A DNA stretch of 64,000 nt from Candidatus Latescibacterota bacterium (GTDB taxonomy: Bacteria > Latescibacterota > UBA2968 > UBA8231). The position numbers were made by a program, and so were the translations under genes. The notes beneath the pieces were generated by a model, which ran no database searches, was not told the origin of the DNA, and saw nothing but the letters and a program-made list of their open reading frames with translations. Where the stretch lies: contig CBDCDC010000001.1 in assembly GCA_965215195.1 (NCBI GenBank), positions 1,207,908 to 1,271,907 of the forward strand. Reading direction: 5' to 3'. Positions 27,611-37,575 of the stretch are shown one piece after another (position 1 is the first letter of the stretch; each line of letters starts with the position of its first letter).

Positions 27611-28905
27611 GCGGCCAACTCGCTATAGACGATCTGGCCGCCGACGATGGTGGCCACGGCCTTGCCTTTCAGGCGGTAACCAGCAAAGGGGGTGTTCCGC
27701 GATTTGGAGCGGAAGCGCTCGGGGACTACCTCCCATTCGCGCGTTAGGTTGAGCAGGGTTAGATCCCCAGGCATCCCCGGGGCGAGCGCGCCCCCGGGCA
27801 GGCGCAAGATGCGCGCTGGGTGGCAGGTCCAGCGTGCGATGGTCTCGTGCAGGGGCAAAACGCGGTCCACCAAATAGGTCAAGGTGAGGCCGACAGCTGT
27901 CTCTAGGCCGACAATGCCCATGGGAGCTTGGGTTAGGGATTGGGCTTTTTCCGCGGCCGTATGCGGCGCGTGGTCGGTGGCAATGACCTCTATGGTGCCA
28001 TCGGCTAGCCCGGCGAGCATGGCCTCGACATCGGCGGTCTCTCGCAGCGGCGGGCTCATCTTGGCAGCCGCGCCTTGGCGCTCAACCTCGCGGTCGGTGA
28101 GTACGAAGTGGTGGGGCAGCACTTCGCAGGTCACGGGTAGGCCGTCGGCCTTGGCGCGCCGGACCAATTGCGCGGTGCCGGCCGTGCTGATATGGGCGAT
28201 GTGCAAAGGGCCGCCGGTCTGGCGGACAAGTTCTATATCGCGGGCGACCATCTCCTCCTCGCCTGCTGCTGGCATCCCCTTGACGCCGAGGCGCGCGGCC
28301 ACTTCTCCTGCGTGCATACAGCCGCCAGCCGTAAGCGACTTGACCTCTGTGTGCGGGAAGATGGGCTGGTCGAGGTCGCGGGCAATTTCGAGGGCGCGGC
28401 GCATCAAACCCTCGTCTTCGACTGGGTCGCCGTCGTCGGAAAAGGCTACTGCGCCTAATTCCGCCAATTCCGCGAGGGGGGCGAGTGCGCCGCGTCCTTG
28501 GCGACCTGTGGTCACGCAGGCGATTGGATAGTAGCGCACCGCGGCGGTCTGCGCTCGCTCCAGCACTAGTTGCAAATGGTCGCTACTGTCTGGGGGAGGG
28601 TTGGTGTTGGGCATGGCGGCCACCGCGCAGATGCCGCCGGCTGCCGCCGCTGTAGTGCCGCTCTGAATGGTCTCCTTGTGTTCGTAGCCCGGTTCGCGGA
28701 GATGAGTGTGGATGTCGATAAAACCCGGGGCAACGACCAAGCCGGTGGCCATCAGGACAGGCACGTCGGGAGGTGCCCAGAGGTCGGGGGCCGACTGGAC
28801 TATTTTACCTTGGCGGATGAGGATATCCCCTATGGCATCGGTGCCATTGGCCGGGTCGATGAGGCGGCCTTGGCGGACGAGCAAGTCGGCAGAAAATTTA
28901 GACAT
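27607..28905 (-). CDS. pyrC: Dihydroorotase
   Basis: PGFIDIHTHLREPG, MPNTNP, FSDDG, HIAHIST, CEVLPHH, ATDHAPH, SKSRNTPF. Confidence 0.93.
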   Translation of the reverse strand: MSKFSADLLVRQGRLIDPANGTDAIGDILIRQGKIVQSAPDLWAPPDVPVLMATGLVVAPGFIDIHTHLREPGYEHKETIQSGTTAAAAGGICAVAAMPNTNPPPDSSDHLQLVLERAQTAAVRYYPIACVTTGRQGRGALAPLAELAELGAVAFSDDGDPVEDEGLMRRALEIARDLDQPIFPHTEVKSLTAGGCMHAGEVAARLGVKGMPAAGEEEMVARDIELVRQTGGPLHIAHISTAGTAQLVRRAKADGLPVTCEVLPHHFVLTDREVERQGAAAKMSPPLRETADVEAMLAGLADGTIEVIATDHAPHTAAEKAQSLTQAPMGIVGLETAVGLTLTYLVDRVLPLHETIARWTCHPARILRLPGGALAPGMPGDLTLLNLTREWEVVPERFRSKSRNTPFAGYRLKGKAVATIVGGQIVYSELAA

Positions 28906-30604
28906 GAGAGAGGGCGATGAGTGGAGCGAGCCAGTCGATGGTTTCGCGCAGGGTCAACGGGTCGCCGGCTAGGGCTAGGTCTCGTTTTCTCAGGAGGCGA
29001 GCCAACTGCACGGGTGGCGGGGGCGCGAGCCCGCTGCTAGCGTCGAATTCGGGATGGGCGAGCACGGCGCGAGCCGGCCCTTGTAGCTCGCTGCGTCCTT
29101 GGCACAAGACCACTACATGGGTGGCTAGGCGGCCGACTAGCTCCATGTCGTGGCTGATTAGCACGAGGGTGCGGCCTTGGTTGCTTAGCTCGGCGAAGAG
29201 CCGGCACAAGCTGGCCGTAGTCTGAGGATCGAGGCCGGCGGTCGGCTCGTCGAGCACTAAGACCTCTGGGTCCATGGCGAGGACGCCGGCGAGTGCGACG
29301 CGACGCCTTTCGCCCCCGCTCAACGAGAGGGGCTGGCGCGGCCCGAATTCTCTTAGCGGCATGTCCACCATGGCGAGTGCGCACGCCACGAGGCCGTCGA
29401 CGCGCTCGGGAGCAAAGCCGAGGTTGCGCGGTCCAAAGGCCACATCCTCGGCCACGGTTTCGGCGAAGAGTTGGAGTTCGGGAAACTGGAAGGCCAAGCC
29501 GACGCGCTGGCGCACATGCACCGGGGGCTGGAAGCTGATGTCGCAGCCGTTGAGGAGTACGCGCCCGCACGAGGGTTTGAGCAGGGCATTGAAGTGCTGG
29601 GCGAGGGTGGTCTTACCCGAGCCGTTGGTGCCCACGAGGGCCAAGACCGAGCCGGTGGGAATGTCCATGGTAATGTCGCAGATGCCGCAACGCCGGGTGG
29701 GCAGATGTTCGTCGTAGAAGTGCGTCAGCCCTTCAGCCGCTAGTTTGCTCGGGGTTGGGGGCAGCGGAGCGGGCGGAGTCCAAGACGCTAGGGGCGTCTG
29801 GGGTTTTAGTGCGGCCAGCGCGTCGGATAAAGCGTCTAGCTCCAAGTAGGTCTCGGTCAGGGACAAGTGAGCGGCAAGGGCGCTTGCAAAGGGGAGATCG
29901 AGGCCGAGGGCGCGGAGCTTGGGCGGGTCGGCAAAGAGGGCCGCTGGGGGGCTGTCCGCATGGAGCCGACCCGCGTGGAGGGCGATGACGCGGTCGGCGC
30001 GAGCGGCTTCTTCCGGGGACTGGGTGATGAGTATCGTCGCGATGCCGTATGTGGTGCGCAGCCGCTGGAGTAACTCGACCACTTGCTGTTTTTCGCCGGG
30101 GTCGAGCAGGGCTGTCGATTCGTCTAAGACGAGATAGCGCGGTCGCATGGCCACCACTGCGGCAATGGCCACGCGCTGCTTCTCGCCGCCGGAGAGCTTG
30201 TGCGGCGGGTAGCGGCGATAGGCCCCGAGATTGAAAGCGGCGAGCGTTTCTGCGACTCGCTGGCGAATTTCAGCGCTGGCTAGGGCTAGGTTTTCCAAGC
30301 CAAAGGCCAATTCGTCGGCGACCGTGGTGCCGACGAGCTGATCGTCCGGGTTTTGCAAAACCATGCCGACGCGCTGGCGGATGGAGCGAAGCTGAGCCGG
30401 GTTGCTGGTGTCCATGCCATCGACGAGGACCCGGCCCGCTTGGGGCTGTTGCAGTCCGTTTAAGCAGCGAGCGAGGGTGGTCTTGCCCGAGCCGTTGGCA
30501 CCGATGAGGGCAATGTTTTCCCCAGGGCTGATGTGGAGGTTGATGGAGCGCAAGGCGGCTAGGCCCCGGCGATAGCTAAGGCTGAGTTTTTCGACGCGGA
30601 TCAT
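28898..30604 (-). CDS. ECF transporter ATPase with two fused ABC domains (EcfA-EcfA')
   Basis: Two GxNGSGKTT Walker A motifs, QNPDDQ / QFPELQ Q-loops, LSGGE signatures. Confidence 0.85.
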   Translation of the reverse strand: MIRVEKLSLSYRRGLAALRSINLHISPGENIALIGANGSGKTTLARCLNGLQQPQAGRVLVDGMDTSNPAQLRSIRQRVGMVLQNPDDQLVGTTVADELAFGLENLALASAEIRQRVAETLAAFNLGAYRRYPPHKLSGGEKQRVAIAAVVAMRPRYLVLDESTALLDPGEKQQVVELLQRLRTTYGIATILITQSPEEAARADRVIALHAGRLHADSPPAALFADPPKLRALGLDLPFASALAAHLSLTETYLELDALSDALAALKPQTPLASWTPPAPLPPTPSKLAAEGLTHFYDEHLPTRRCGICDITMDIPTGSVLALVGTNGSGKTTLAQHFNALLKPSCGRVLLNGCDISFQPPVHVRQRVGLAFQFPELQLFAETVAEDVAFGPRNLGFAPERVDGLVACALAMVDMPLREFGPRQPLSLSGGERRRVALAGVLAMDPEVLVLDEPTAGLDPQTTASLCRLFAELSNQGRTLVLISHDMELVGRLATHVVVLCQGRSELQGPARAVLAHPEFDASSGLAPPPPVQLARLLRKRDLALAGDPLTLRETIDWLAPLIALSHV

Positions 30605-30612
30605 AGCGCGGC

Positions 30613-30641
30613 AGCATACGGCAAAAGAATTTTGGCGTCAA
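30613..30641 (-). promoter_or_regulatory. Sigma-70 promoter of ecfA-pyrC, likely near-leaderless mRNA
   Basis: TTGACG-N17-TATGCT ending 8 nt before ATG 30604; no SD sequence. Confidence 0.6.
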
Positions 30642-30748
30642 GGCGGACAAGTTGACAGCTAGAGGGCGAGGTTGTTTATTCAGTTTCAAGGGGTTACGAA
30701 AATCAGGAGCGTTGTCAATTGGGGCGCTCGCAACGCGGATATGGCTTT

Positions 30749-31579
30749 ATGAACAAGATACTGTGCAGGTGGGTTTGGGTGCTCGCCGTTGGGTTCGTGG
30801 GGTGCAGCGACTCAAACGAGGAGCTCCAGATCGTCGGCCCCAACCTGCCCGAGGGGCCGGGCCGCGTCTATCCCATTTTAGCCGTTAGTTTCCCGTCCAA
30901 CGACGGCGTTGAGGTGAGCGCACTTTTTGGCACGGCGCAGAACGGCGAATCGCTGCCAGTAGTAATCCTCCTGCACGATCTGGGAGGGAGCAAGGCCGAC
31001 TGGTTGAACAACACCAACACGTACGTGGCCTTGCTCGAGCGCGGCTACGCCGTCTTGGCCATCGACATGCGCGGGCACGGCCAAACCCCGCTGCCCGGTG
31101 ACCGGCAGGTCTTGGAATTAGTAGATCTGGAACTGAGCTTTCGCGATGTTCACGCCGCGCTGGTCTGGCTGCCGAGCCAGTCCAAGGTCGATGTCAGCCG
31201 CATCGCGGTAGTGGGTACTGGCTCGGGGGGGAATGTGGCCTACGTGAGCTCGGGCATTTTTTCCGAACAAATAAAAACCAGTGTGTCTCTCTCGCCCGGG
31301 CTGTGGGGGGCCTCTTCGATGGAGCCGTTGGTCACCGGGGCCGGCCTCGAATCCTTTGCCCCGCGGTCCATGCTCTTTATGGCGGGCGATCAGGACCAAA
31401 TTGAGAGCGGGGACGTCATTCTCAGCTATGCTGATTTCGCTCGCAATCTAGAGGCGCAGACGGCCGCGCCAAAGCGGCTGCGCATTTTTTCAGATTCGGC
31501 CGACCACGGCTTTGAATTGCTCGACAATGTCGCCGAGGCGCAGGATCTGTTCTTCCTCTGGTTGGAGGAAAACCTCTAG
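30749..31579 (+). CDS. Alpha/beta hydrolase-fold lipoprotein (atypical nucleophile elbow)
   Basis: Lipobox FVGC; LLHDLGG, GYAVLAIDMRGHG, GTGSGG, LSPG, GDQD, DHG. Confidence 0.8.
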   Translation: MNKILCRWVWVLAVGFVGCSDSNEELQIVGPNLPEGPGRVYPILAVSFPSNDGVEVSALFGTAQNGESLPVVILLHDLGGSKADWLNNTNTYVALLERGYAVLAIDMRGHGQTPLPGDRQVLELVDLELSFRDVHAALVWLPSQSKVDVSRIAVVGTGSGGNVAYVSSGIFSEQIKTSVSLSPGLWGASSMEPLVTGAGLESFAPRSMLFMAGDQDQIESGDVILSYADFARNLEAQTAAPKRLRIFSDSADHGFELLDNVAEAQDLFFLWLEENL

Positions 31580-31601
31580 CTAGCACTCCATCTGCGGTCG
31601 C

Positions 31602-32309
31602 ATGGACTCGCCTCCGGCCATTGCCGTCGTCATTCCCGCCTGCGACGAAGAACAAGCCATCGGCAAGGTGCTGCAAGACATCCCGAGCATCGCACAGCAG
31701 GTCATCGTCGTCGATAATGGCTCGGGTGACCGCACCGCCGAGGTGGCCCGTCGCTTGGGGGCCTGCGTCGTTGGCGAGCCGCGCCGCGGCTACGGCCAAG
31801 CCTGTCTGACGGGCATGGCCCATCTCGATTGCCCGGATATCGTCGTCTTCCTCGACGGCGATTACAGCGATTACCCCGAGGACATGCCAGCTTTAGTAAG
31901 CCCGCTCGTTGCCGGCCGCGCCGATATGGTCATTGGCTCGCGGGTCTTGGGCCAGCGAGAAAAGGGGGCCCTCTTGCCCCAGGCCCGTTTTGGCAATTGG
32001 TTGGCCACCTGCTTAATTCGCCTGTTGTTCGGCGTCACTTTTACGGATTTGGGGCCTTTCCGCGCATTGCGCTACGACGCGCTCATACGGCTGGACATGC
32101 AGGATTGCAACTTCGGCTGGACCGCAGAGATGCAGGTCAAAGCCGCTCGGCTGGGCCTGCGCACGGCCGAAGTGCCCGTGCGCTACCGCCGCCGCATCGG
32201 CACCTCCAAAATCACCGGTACGCTCAGCGGTACGCTGCGGGCCGGATACAAAATTCTCTGGACCATTTTCCGCTATGCGCGGTGGCGTCCTACGCGGTCT
32301 GGGGGATAG
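31602..32309 (+). CDS. GT2 glycosyltransferase (DPM synthase-like)
   Basis: VVIPACDEE, VVDNGSGD, RGYGQAC, FLDGDYSD, TDLGPFRA, SKITGT. Confidence 0.9.
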   Translation: MDSPPAIAVVIPACDEEQAIGKVLQDIPSIAQQVIVVDNGSGDRTAEVARRLGACVVGEPRRGYGQACLTGMAHLDCPDIVVFLDGDYSDYPEDMPALVSPLVAGRADMVIGSRVLGQREKGALLPQARFGNWLATCLIRLLFGVTFTDLGPFRALRYDALIRLDMQDCNFGWTAEMQVKAARLGLRTAEVPVRYRRRIGTSKITGTLSGTLRAGYKILWTIFRYARWRPTRSGG

Positions 32310-32323
32310 GTTGACACCGCTCA

Positions 32324-33352
32324 ATGCAACTGGTGGACTACGACTTTGACCTACCCGAGGCCCTGATCGCCCAACGCCCGTCGCCCGAGCGCGACCAGTC
32401 GCGTCTTTTAGTCTTGAACCGGGCGGATGGCTCGTTGCAACACCTGCACTTTGGGGCCATCGTCGATCAGCTCGCATCCAGCGACGCCCTAGTATTGAAT
32501 CAAACACAGGTCGTGCCGGCTCGGCTCAGGGGCCGTAAATCTGCTACCGGCGGTCGGGTTGAACTGCTGCTGCTCAGGCCGCTAACTGGGGGCGAGTGGC
32601 TGGCTATGGGGCGGCCCGGGCGAGGCCTAAAACCCAAGACGCGGTTGGAGTTTGGCAACGGAGCGGTGGAAGCGCACATCGTCGGGCAAGTTGCGCCGGG
32701 TCGGTTCCGCGTACGCTTTGCCGTTGAGGACGTGCTGGCGCGACTCGAAGAGATCGGGGAAATACCCCTGCCGCCCTATATTCGGCGTCCGCCCGAGGCC
32801 GCGGACCGGGAGCGCTATCAGACTATCTATGCGGCGCGTCCGGGAGCCGTTGCCGCACCCACGGCCGGCCTGCACTTTACCCCCCAGTTAATCGCGGCAA
32901 TCGCGGCTAAGGGCGTGGCGGTCCTGAAGGTGCTCTTGCACGTGGGGCCGGGCACGTTTGAGCCGGTGCGCTGTGCCGATCCGCGCCAGCATGTGCTCGA
33001 ACCCGAATACTGCGAAATCGACGAGTCGGTGGCGGCCACACTCGGGCGTTGCCGTGCGGCCGGTGGGCGCATCGTCGCCGTCGGTACTACCGTGGTGCGG
33101 ACCTTGGAGTCGAGCGTCGATGCCGAGGGCCATGTGCAGGCCGGCGGGGGATTTGCGGATGCGTTTATTTATCCGCCCTACGCATTCAAAGCGGTCGATA
33201 GGTTGGTGACGAACTTTCACTTGCCGCGCTCGAGCCTGTTGTTGCTGGTGGCGGCCTTCGTCGGTCGGAAACGGCTTTTGGCCGCCTACGGCGAGGCCGT
33301 AGAGCGCGGCTATCGCTTTTATAGCTATGGCGATGCCATGATGATTGTGTGA
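32324..33352 (+). CDS. queA: S-adenosylmethionine:tRNA ribosyltransferase-isomerase
   Basis: DFDLPEALIAQ, PLPPYI, RYQT, GAVAAPTAGLHF, LHVGPGTF, TNFHLPRS, YRFYSYGDAM. Confidence 0.97.
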   Translation: MQLVDYDFDLPEALIAQRPSPERDQSRLLVLNRADGSLQHLHFGAIVDQLASSDALVLNQTQVVPARLRGRKSATGGRVELLLLRPLTGGEWLAMGRPGRGLKPKTRLEFGNGAVEAHIVGQVAPGRFRVRFAVEDVLARLEEIGEIPLPPYIRRPPEAADRERYQTIYAARPGAVAAPTAGLHFTPQLIAAIAAKGVAVLKVLLHVGPGTFEPVRCADPRQHVLEPEYCEIDESVAATLGRCRAAGGRIVAVGTTVVRTLESSVDAEGHVQAGGGFADAFIYPPYAFKAVDRLVTNFHLPRSSLLLLVAAFVGRKRLLAAYGEAVERGYRFYSYGDAMMIV

Positions 33353-34524
33353 CGTCTGTGGAACGCATAACCGCCATCGTCCCGGCCAGCGGCCGGGGGC
33401 AGCGCATGGGAGGAGATCGGCCCAAGCAGTACCTCCCTTTGGGAGGTCGGCCCGTACTCTGGCACGTACTCGCGCGCTTCGAAGCTAGCCCGCTGGTGAC
33501 CGATATCGTCTTGGTCGTGCGGCGCGAGGACATGGACTATTGTCGCCGCCAATTGAGCGCGAGCAGAGGCTTTGCCAAAGTCGCCGCCCTCGTGCCCGGG
33601 GGTGCTGAGCGCAGCGCATCCGTGTATCGGGGCCTGCGGGAGACCCGCGCCGATATGGTCTTGGTCCACGACGCCGTGCGGCCGTTTGTTTCCGAGGGGC
33701 TGCTGGAGCGGGTGGTAGCCGCCACCCGCGAGCACCGAGCGGCGCTGCCCGCCTTGCCGGTGGTGGAGACGATCAAGGAAGTGGCGGCTAGTCGGGTCGT
33801 GGATACGCCATGCCGCGAAAGGCTGTGGCAAGCGCAGACTCCGCAGGGCTTTGACCGCGAGCTGCTCCTGAGGGCCTACCACGCGGCCGGAACCGACGCG
33901 GTGGCCCCTGACGACGCTGCGCTGGTTGAGCGGCTGGGCCACCCAGTCTGCGTCGTGCCCGGCGAGGCCGACAACCGCAAGATCACCACGCCCGAGGATC
34001 TGGCTTGGGCCGAGTGGCGAGTGCGCGCAAGGGAGGAGATGCCTGCTATGGGCTTGCGCATAGGACAGGGCTACGACGTGCATCGCTTGGAGGAAGGGCG
34101 GCCCCTAATTTTGGGCGGGGTCGTCGTGCCCTTTGCGCGGGGGTTGGCGGGGCACTCGGACGCGGATGTGCTGACCCATGCCATAATCGACGCGCTCTTG
34201 GGTGCCTTGGCGGCCGGAGATATCGGCCAACTCTTTCCCGACTCGGACGCGCAGTACAAGGATATATCGAGCTTGGTGTTGCTCGAGCGGGTTGGCACCC
34301 TGATAGCGGAACGAGGGGCGCGGGTCCTGCACATCGACGCGGTCGTCGCGGCCCAGCGGCCCAAGCTCGCGCCGCACCTAGCAGCGATGCGCCAAACGCT
34401 AGCTGCGACCTTGGGCCTAGCGGTGGGGCAGGTTTCGCTCAAGGCTACGACGACCGAGCACTTGGGGTTCGTGGGGCGCGAGGAGGGTATGGCGGCCCAA
34501 GCCGTGGCCCTTGTGGCACTCTAA
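33349..34524 (+). CDS. ispDF: Bifunctional MEP cytidylyltransferase / MEcPP synthase
   Basis: IspD motifs (G.GQRM..PKQY, GGAERSASV, HDAVRPF, QTPQGF, KITTPED) then IspF motifs (GQGYDVH, GHSDADV..HA, GDIG..FPD, KATTTE). Confidence 0.95.
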   Translation: MTSVERITAIVPASGRGQRMGGDRPKQYLPLGGRPVLWHVLARFEASPLVTDIVLVVRREDMDYCRRQLSASRGFAKVAALVPGGAERSASVYRGLRETRADMVLVHDAVRPFVSEGLLERVVAATREHRAALPALPVVETIKEVAASRVVDTPCRERLWQAQTPQGFDRELLLRAYHAAGTDAVAPDDAALVERLGHPVCVVPGEADNRKITTPEDLAWAEWRVRAREEMPAMGLRIGQGYDVHRLEEGRPLILGGVVVPFARGLAGHSDADVLTHAIIDALLGALAAGDIGQLFPDSDAQYKDISSLVLLERVGTLIAERGARVLHIDAVVAAQRPKLAPHLAAMRQTLAATLGLAVGQVSLKATTTEHLGFVGREEGMAAQAVALVAL

Positions 34525-34527
34525 AGC

Positions 34528-35136
34528 ATGGCGGCCTATTTGGACTCCCTGCTCGCGGCCCTGTCGGGCGTCGATCCGCTGTGGGCGTATGGCATCTTGT
34601 TGCTCAGTGCCTTTTTGGAAAATGTCGTGCCGCCCATCCCGGGCGATACGGTGGTGGTGTTTAGTGCCTATCTGGTGGGGCGCGGCTTCTTGGATATATG
34701 GCCGGTTTTTCTTGCTACTTGTGCCGGAGGCATGGCAGGCTTTTTAGTCATGTACTACCTAGGTTATAGCCGAGGGCGCACCTTTTTCTCAGGACGTCGG
34801 GGCGCGGCCAAGCTGGCCCAAGCCGAGCGGTGGCTCAGTCGCTACGGCGTTGCGCTCATTTTAGGCAACCGATTTTTGAGCGGCATTCGGTCGGTCATCG
34901 CCATCGGTGCTGGTCTAGGTCGCATGCCTTGGCCAACCGTCGCGCTGTGCGGCGCGATTGGCATGGCGGTTTGGAACGGATTGCTGCTCTACGCCGGAAT
35001 TTTGGTAGGCGAAAACTGGGAGCAGGTCACCGAACTGCTCGCGCAATACAATAGATTATTGGTGGGGATACTGTGCTTGGTGGGGGTGGTGCTGCTGTGG
35101 TGCTGGTGGCGCAAGCGGCGGGTGGACCAGCCTTGA
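34528..35136 (+). CDS. DedA family membrane protein
   Basis: LENVVPPIPGD, RFLSGIRS, multiple TM segments. Confidence 0.88.
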   Translation: MAAYLDSLLAALSGVDPLWAYGILLLSAFLENVVPPIPGDTVVVFSAYLVGRGFLDIWPVFLATCAGGMAGFLVMYYLGYSRGRTFFSGRRGAAKLAQAERWLSRYGVALILGNRFLSGIRSVIAIGAGLGRMPWPTVALCGAIGMAVWNGLLLYAGILVGENWEQVTELLAQYNRLLVGILCLVGVVLLWCWWRKRRVDQP

Positions 35137-35192
35137 CAAGCGCGGATAGAGGGCTTACGTTAATCCATTTCTATATAATCTGAGAAAAGACG

Positions 35193-35627
35193 ATGAACGA
35201 CATTACCTACGCCCCTAAAGCGGGCGAAATTAAGCGGCAGTGGTTCGTGGTCGATGCCACGGACAAAGTCTTGGGGCGGCTGGCTTCGGAAATCGCCCAA
35301 GTGCTGCGCGGCAAGGGCAAGCCCGAATACGCCCCCCATGCCGACGTGGGCGACCACGTCATCGTGATTCACGCCGACAAGGTAAAAGTCACGGGCGACA
35401 AGGCCGAAAAGAAGGTCTATTATCGCCACACCGGCTATCCAGGTGGCTTGCGGGTCACTCCCTATCGCCGCATGGCCGAGCGGCATCCCGAGCGGATCAT
35501 CCGCAAGGCGGTGCGGGGTATGCTGCCGCACACCAAGTTGGGCCGGATGCAGCTCAAGAAGCTCCGCGTCTATGTCGGCGGCGAGCACCGGCACCAAGCG
35601 CAAAACCCCCAGCCTCTCGAACTCTAA
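35193..35627 (+). CDS. rplM: 50S ribosomal protein L13
   Basis: WFVVDA..VLGRLAS, GKGKP.Y.PH.D.GD, HTGYPGG, GMLP, H.AQ.P; TTGACA at 35133 upstream. Confidence 0.97.
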   Translation: MNDITYAPKAGEIKRQWFVVDATDKVLGRLASEIAQVLRGKGKPEYAPHADVGDHVIVIHADKVKVTGDKAEKKVYYRHTGYPGGLRVTPYRRMAERHPERIIRKAVRGMLPHTKLGRMQLKKLRVYVGGEHRHQAQNPQPLEL

Positions 35628-35645
35628 GCCAAAGGCAACGCGCCC

Positions 35646-36038
35646 ATGCCCTTAGAAAGCTACGAAGCGACCGGCCGCAGGAAGACCTCGGTAGCCCGAG
35701 TGCGCCTGCAGCTCGGCAATGGCTCTATTTACGTAAACGGTCGCGCGGTCGGCGAATACCTGCGCCGGGATTCCCTGGAGATGATCCTCGTGCAGCCTCT
35801 GGAGTTGACCGAGACGCGACACACCTTCGACATCCACATTTCCACCCGCGGCGGTGGCCTGCGCGGCCAAGCCGGTGCCGCCTGCTTGGGCATTGCCCGC
35901 GCCTTGGTGCAGTACGATCCGCAGAAGCGGGAAGTGTTAAAGAAAAGCGGCTTTCTGACGCGCGATGCCCGCGAGAAAGAGCGCAAAAAGTACGGCTTGG
36001 CCGGCGCACGCAAGCGCTTCCAATTCTCCAAGCGCTAG
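35646..36038 (+). CDS. rpsI: 30S ribosomal protein S9
   Basis: [40 protein letters not shown]. Confidence 0.97.
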   Translation: MPLESYEATGRRKTSVARVRLQLGNGSIYVNGRAVGEYLRRDSLEMILVQPLELTETRHTFDIHISTRGGGLRGQAGAACLGIARALVQYDPQKREVLKKSGFLTRDAREKERKKYGLAGARKRFQFSKR

Positions 36039-36047
36039 TCCCATCTC

Positions 36048-36145
36048 AATACACACGCTTCCCAATGCACGGCAGAGAGTGTCCCGTAGGCGTTCGGCGC
36101 CTGCGGGGCTTCTGTGTGTAGATGAGGGGGGCGGAGGCCCAACTA
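36048..36145 (+). ncRNA. rpsB leader (t44-like S2 autoregulatory RNA)
   Basis: Directly upstream of rpsB; bounded by ACACACG... and ...GCGGAGGCCCAAC, resembling the conserved ends of the E. coli rpsB/t44 leader; internal GC-rich pairing. Confidence 0.6.
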
Positions 36146-36161
36146 ACATTTAGGAGCGATC

Positions 36162-36923
36162 ATGGCCGACTTCACCATCCGCGATTTGCTGGAAGCCGGG
36201 ACCCACTTCGGGCACCAGACCCGGCGTTGGAACCCCAAAATGCGGCCCTACATCTTCACCGAGCGCAACGGCATCCACATCATTGACCTGCAAAAGACGG
36301 TCGGCAAGGTCGAAGCCGCTTGCGAGGCCGTGCGCCAGACGGTGCGCGCCGGGCGCGCCGTGTTCTTCGTCGGCACGAAGAAGCAGGCCGCTGATCTCGT
36401 GCGGCAGGAAGCCGAGCGCTGCGGCATGTTTCACGTCACCGAGCGCTGGCTCGGCGGGATGTTGACCAACTGGCAAACCATTCGCCAGAGCATCCGGCAC
36501 CTAGAGCATCTCGACCGCATCTCGACCGACGGGACCTACGAGAACTTAAAGAAAAAAGAGGTCCTGCTGCTCGAAAAAGCGCGCGCCCGGCTCCAGCGGA
36601 CCTTGGCCGGTATCCGCAACATGGGCGGCCTGCCCGGCTTGGTCTTTATCATAGACATCAAGAAGGAGCACATCGCAGTGCGCGAGGCGGCCAAGCTGGG
36701 CATTCCCTCGGTGGCCATCGTCGATACCAACTGCGATCCCGACTTGGTGACCTATCCGATCCCCGGCAACGACGATGCCATCCGCTCAATCGGCCTCGTC
36801 ACGCGCCTGATCGCCGACGCGGTGATTGAGGGCAAGGCCGAGGCCGAGGCCGAGAAAGCGGCCCGCGCCGACAAGCAAGCAGCCGAAGAGACCCCGGCGG
36901 ATGTAGCCGAAGCTACCGCATAG
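36162..36923 (+). CDS. rpsB: 30S ribosomal protein S2
   Basis: [51 protein letters not shown]. Confidence 0.98.
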   Translation: MADFTIRDLLEAGTHFGHQTRRWNPKMRPYIFTERNGIHIIDLQKTVGKVEAACEAVRQTVRAGRAVFFVGTKKQAADLVRQEAERCGMFHVTERWLGGMLTNWQTIRQSIRHLEHLDRISTDGTYENLKKKEVLLLEKARARLQRTLAGIRNMGGLPGLVFIIDIKKEHIAVREAAKLGIPSVAIVDTNCDPDLVTYPIPGNDDAIRSIGLVTRLIADAVIEGKAEAEAEKAARADKQAAEETPADVAEATA

Positions 36924-36954
36924 CTAAACCAACTACTTTTGAAAGTAAGCGACG

Positions 36955-37557
36955 ATGACTCAGATTACCGCACAAAGCGTCCGAATGCTCCGGCAGAAGA
37001 CGGGCTTGGGCATGATGGATTGCAAGAAGGCCCTGCAAGAGACCGGCGGCGACAGCGAAAAGGCCATTGAGTACTTGCGCAAGCAGGGCCTGTCCGCCGT
37101 GGAGAAGCGGGCCGGCCGCGACGCCAGCGAGGGGCTGATCCAAGCGTATATTCACCAAGGCAGCCGCCTCGGCGTACTGCTAGAGGTCAACTGCGAAACC
37201 GACTTCGTCGCCCGCACCGACGACTTCCAAGCCTTTGTCAAGGACGTGGCCATGCACATTGCCGCCTCCCAGCCGTTGGCCGTCTCTCGGGAGGGCATTC
37301 CCGCCGCTGTCGTGGAAAGGGAGCGGGCCATCTACCTCGAACAGGCCAAAAACGAGGGCAAGCCCGAGCACATTGCCGAGAAAATCGTCGCGGGCCGCCT
37401 GGAGAAATTCTATCAGGAAAATTGCCTGATGGAACAGGTCTTCGTCAAAAATCCCGACCAGACCATTGGCGAATTAGTCTCCGAGATAACCGCCAAAATC
37501 GGCGAGAAAATTACCGTGCGCCGCTTTGAGCGGTTCGTGCTCGGAGAAGACGCCTGA
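36955..37557 (+). CDS. tsf: Elongation factor Ts (short form)
   Basis: LRQKTGLGMMDCKKAL, EVNCETDFVA, IGEKITVRRF. Confidence 0.96.
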   Translation: MTQITAQSVRMLRQKTGLGMMDCKKALQETGGDSEKAIEYLRKQGLSAVEKRAGRDASEGLIQAYIHQGSRLGVLLEVNCETDFVARTDDFQAFVKDVAMHIAASQPLAVSREGIPAAVVERERAIYLEQAKNEGKPEHIAEKIVAGRLEKFYQENCLMEQVFVKNPDQTIGELVSEITAKIGEKITVRRFERFVLGEDA

Positions 37558-37575
37558 AAGCACATTGAGGCTGCC

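Noticed and set aside
33349-34524. IspD-IspF fusion (and CobA-HemD fusion at 16551-18080) as novelties
   Set aside because: Both fusions are well documented in many bacteria.
36955-37557. Short 200-aa EF-Ts as a truncation
   Set aside because: The short form is normal in many phyla and both termini are intact.
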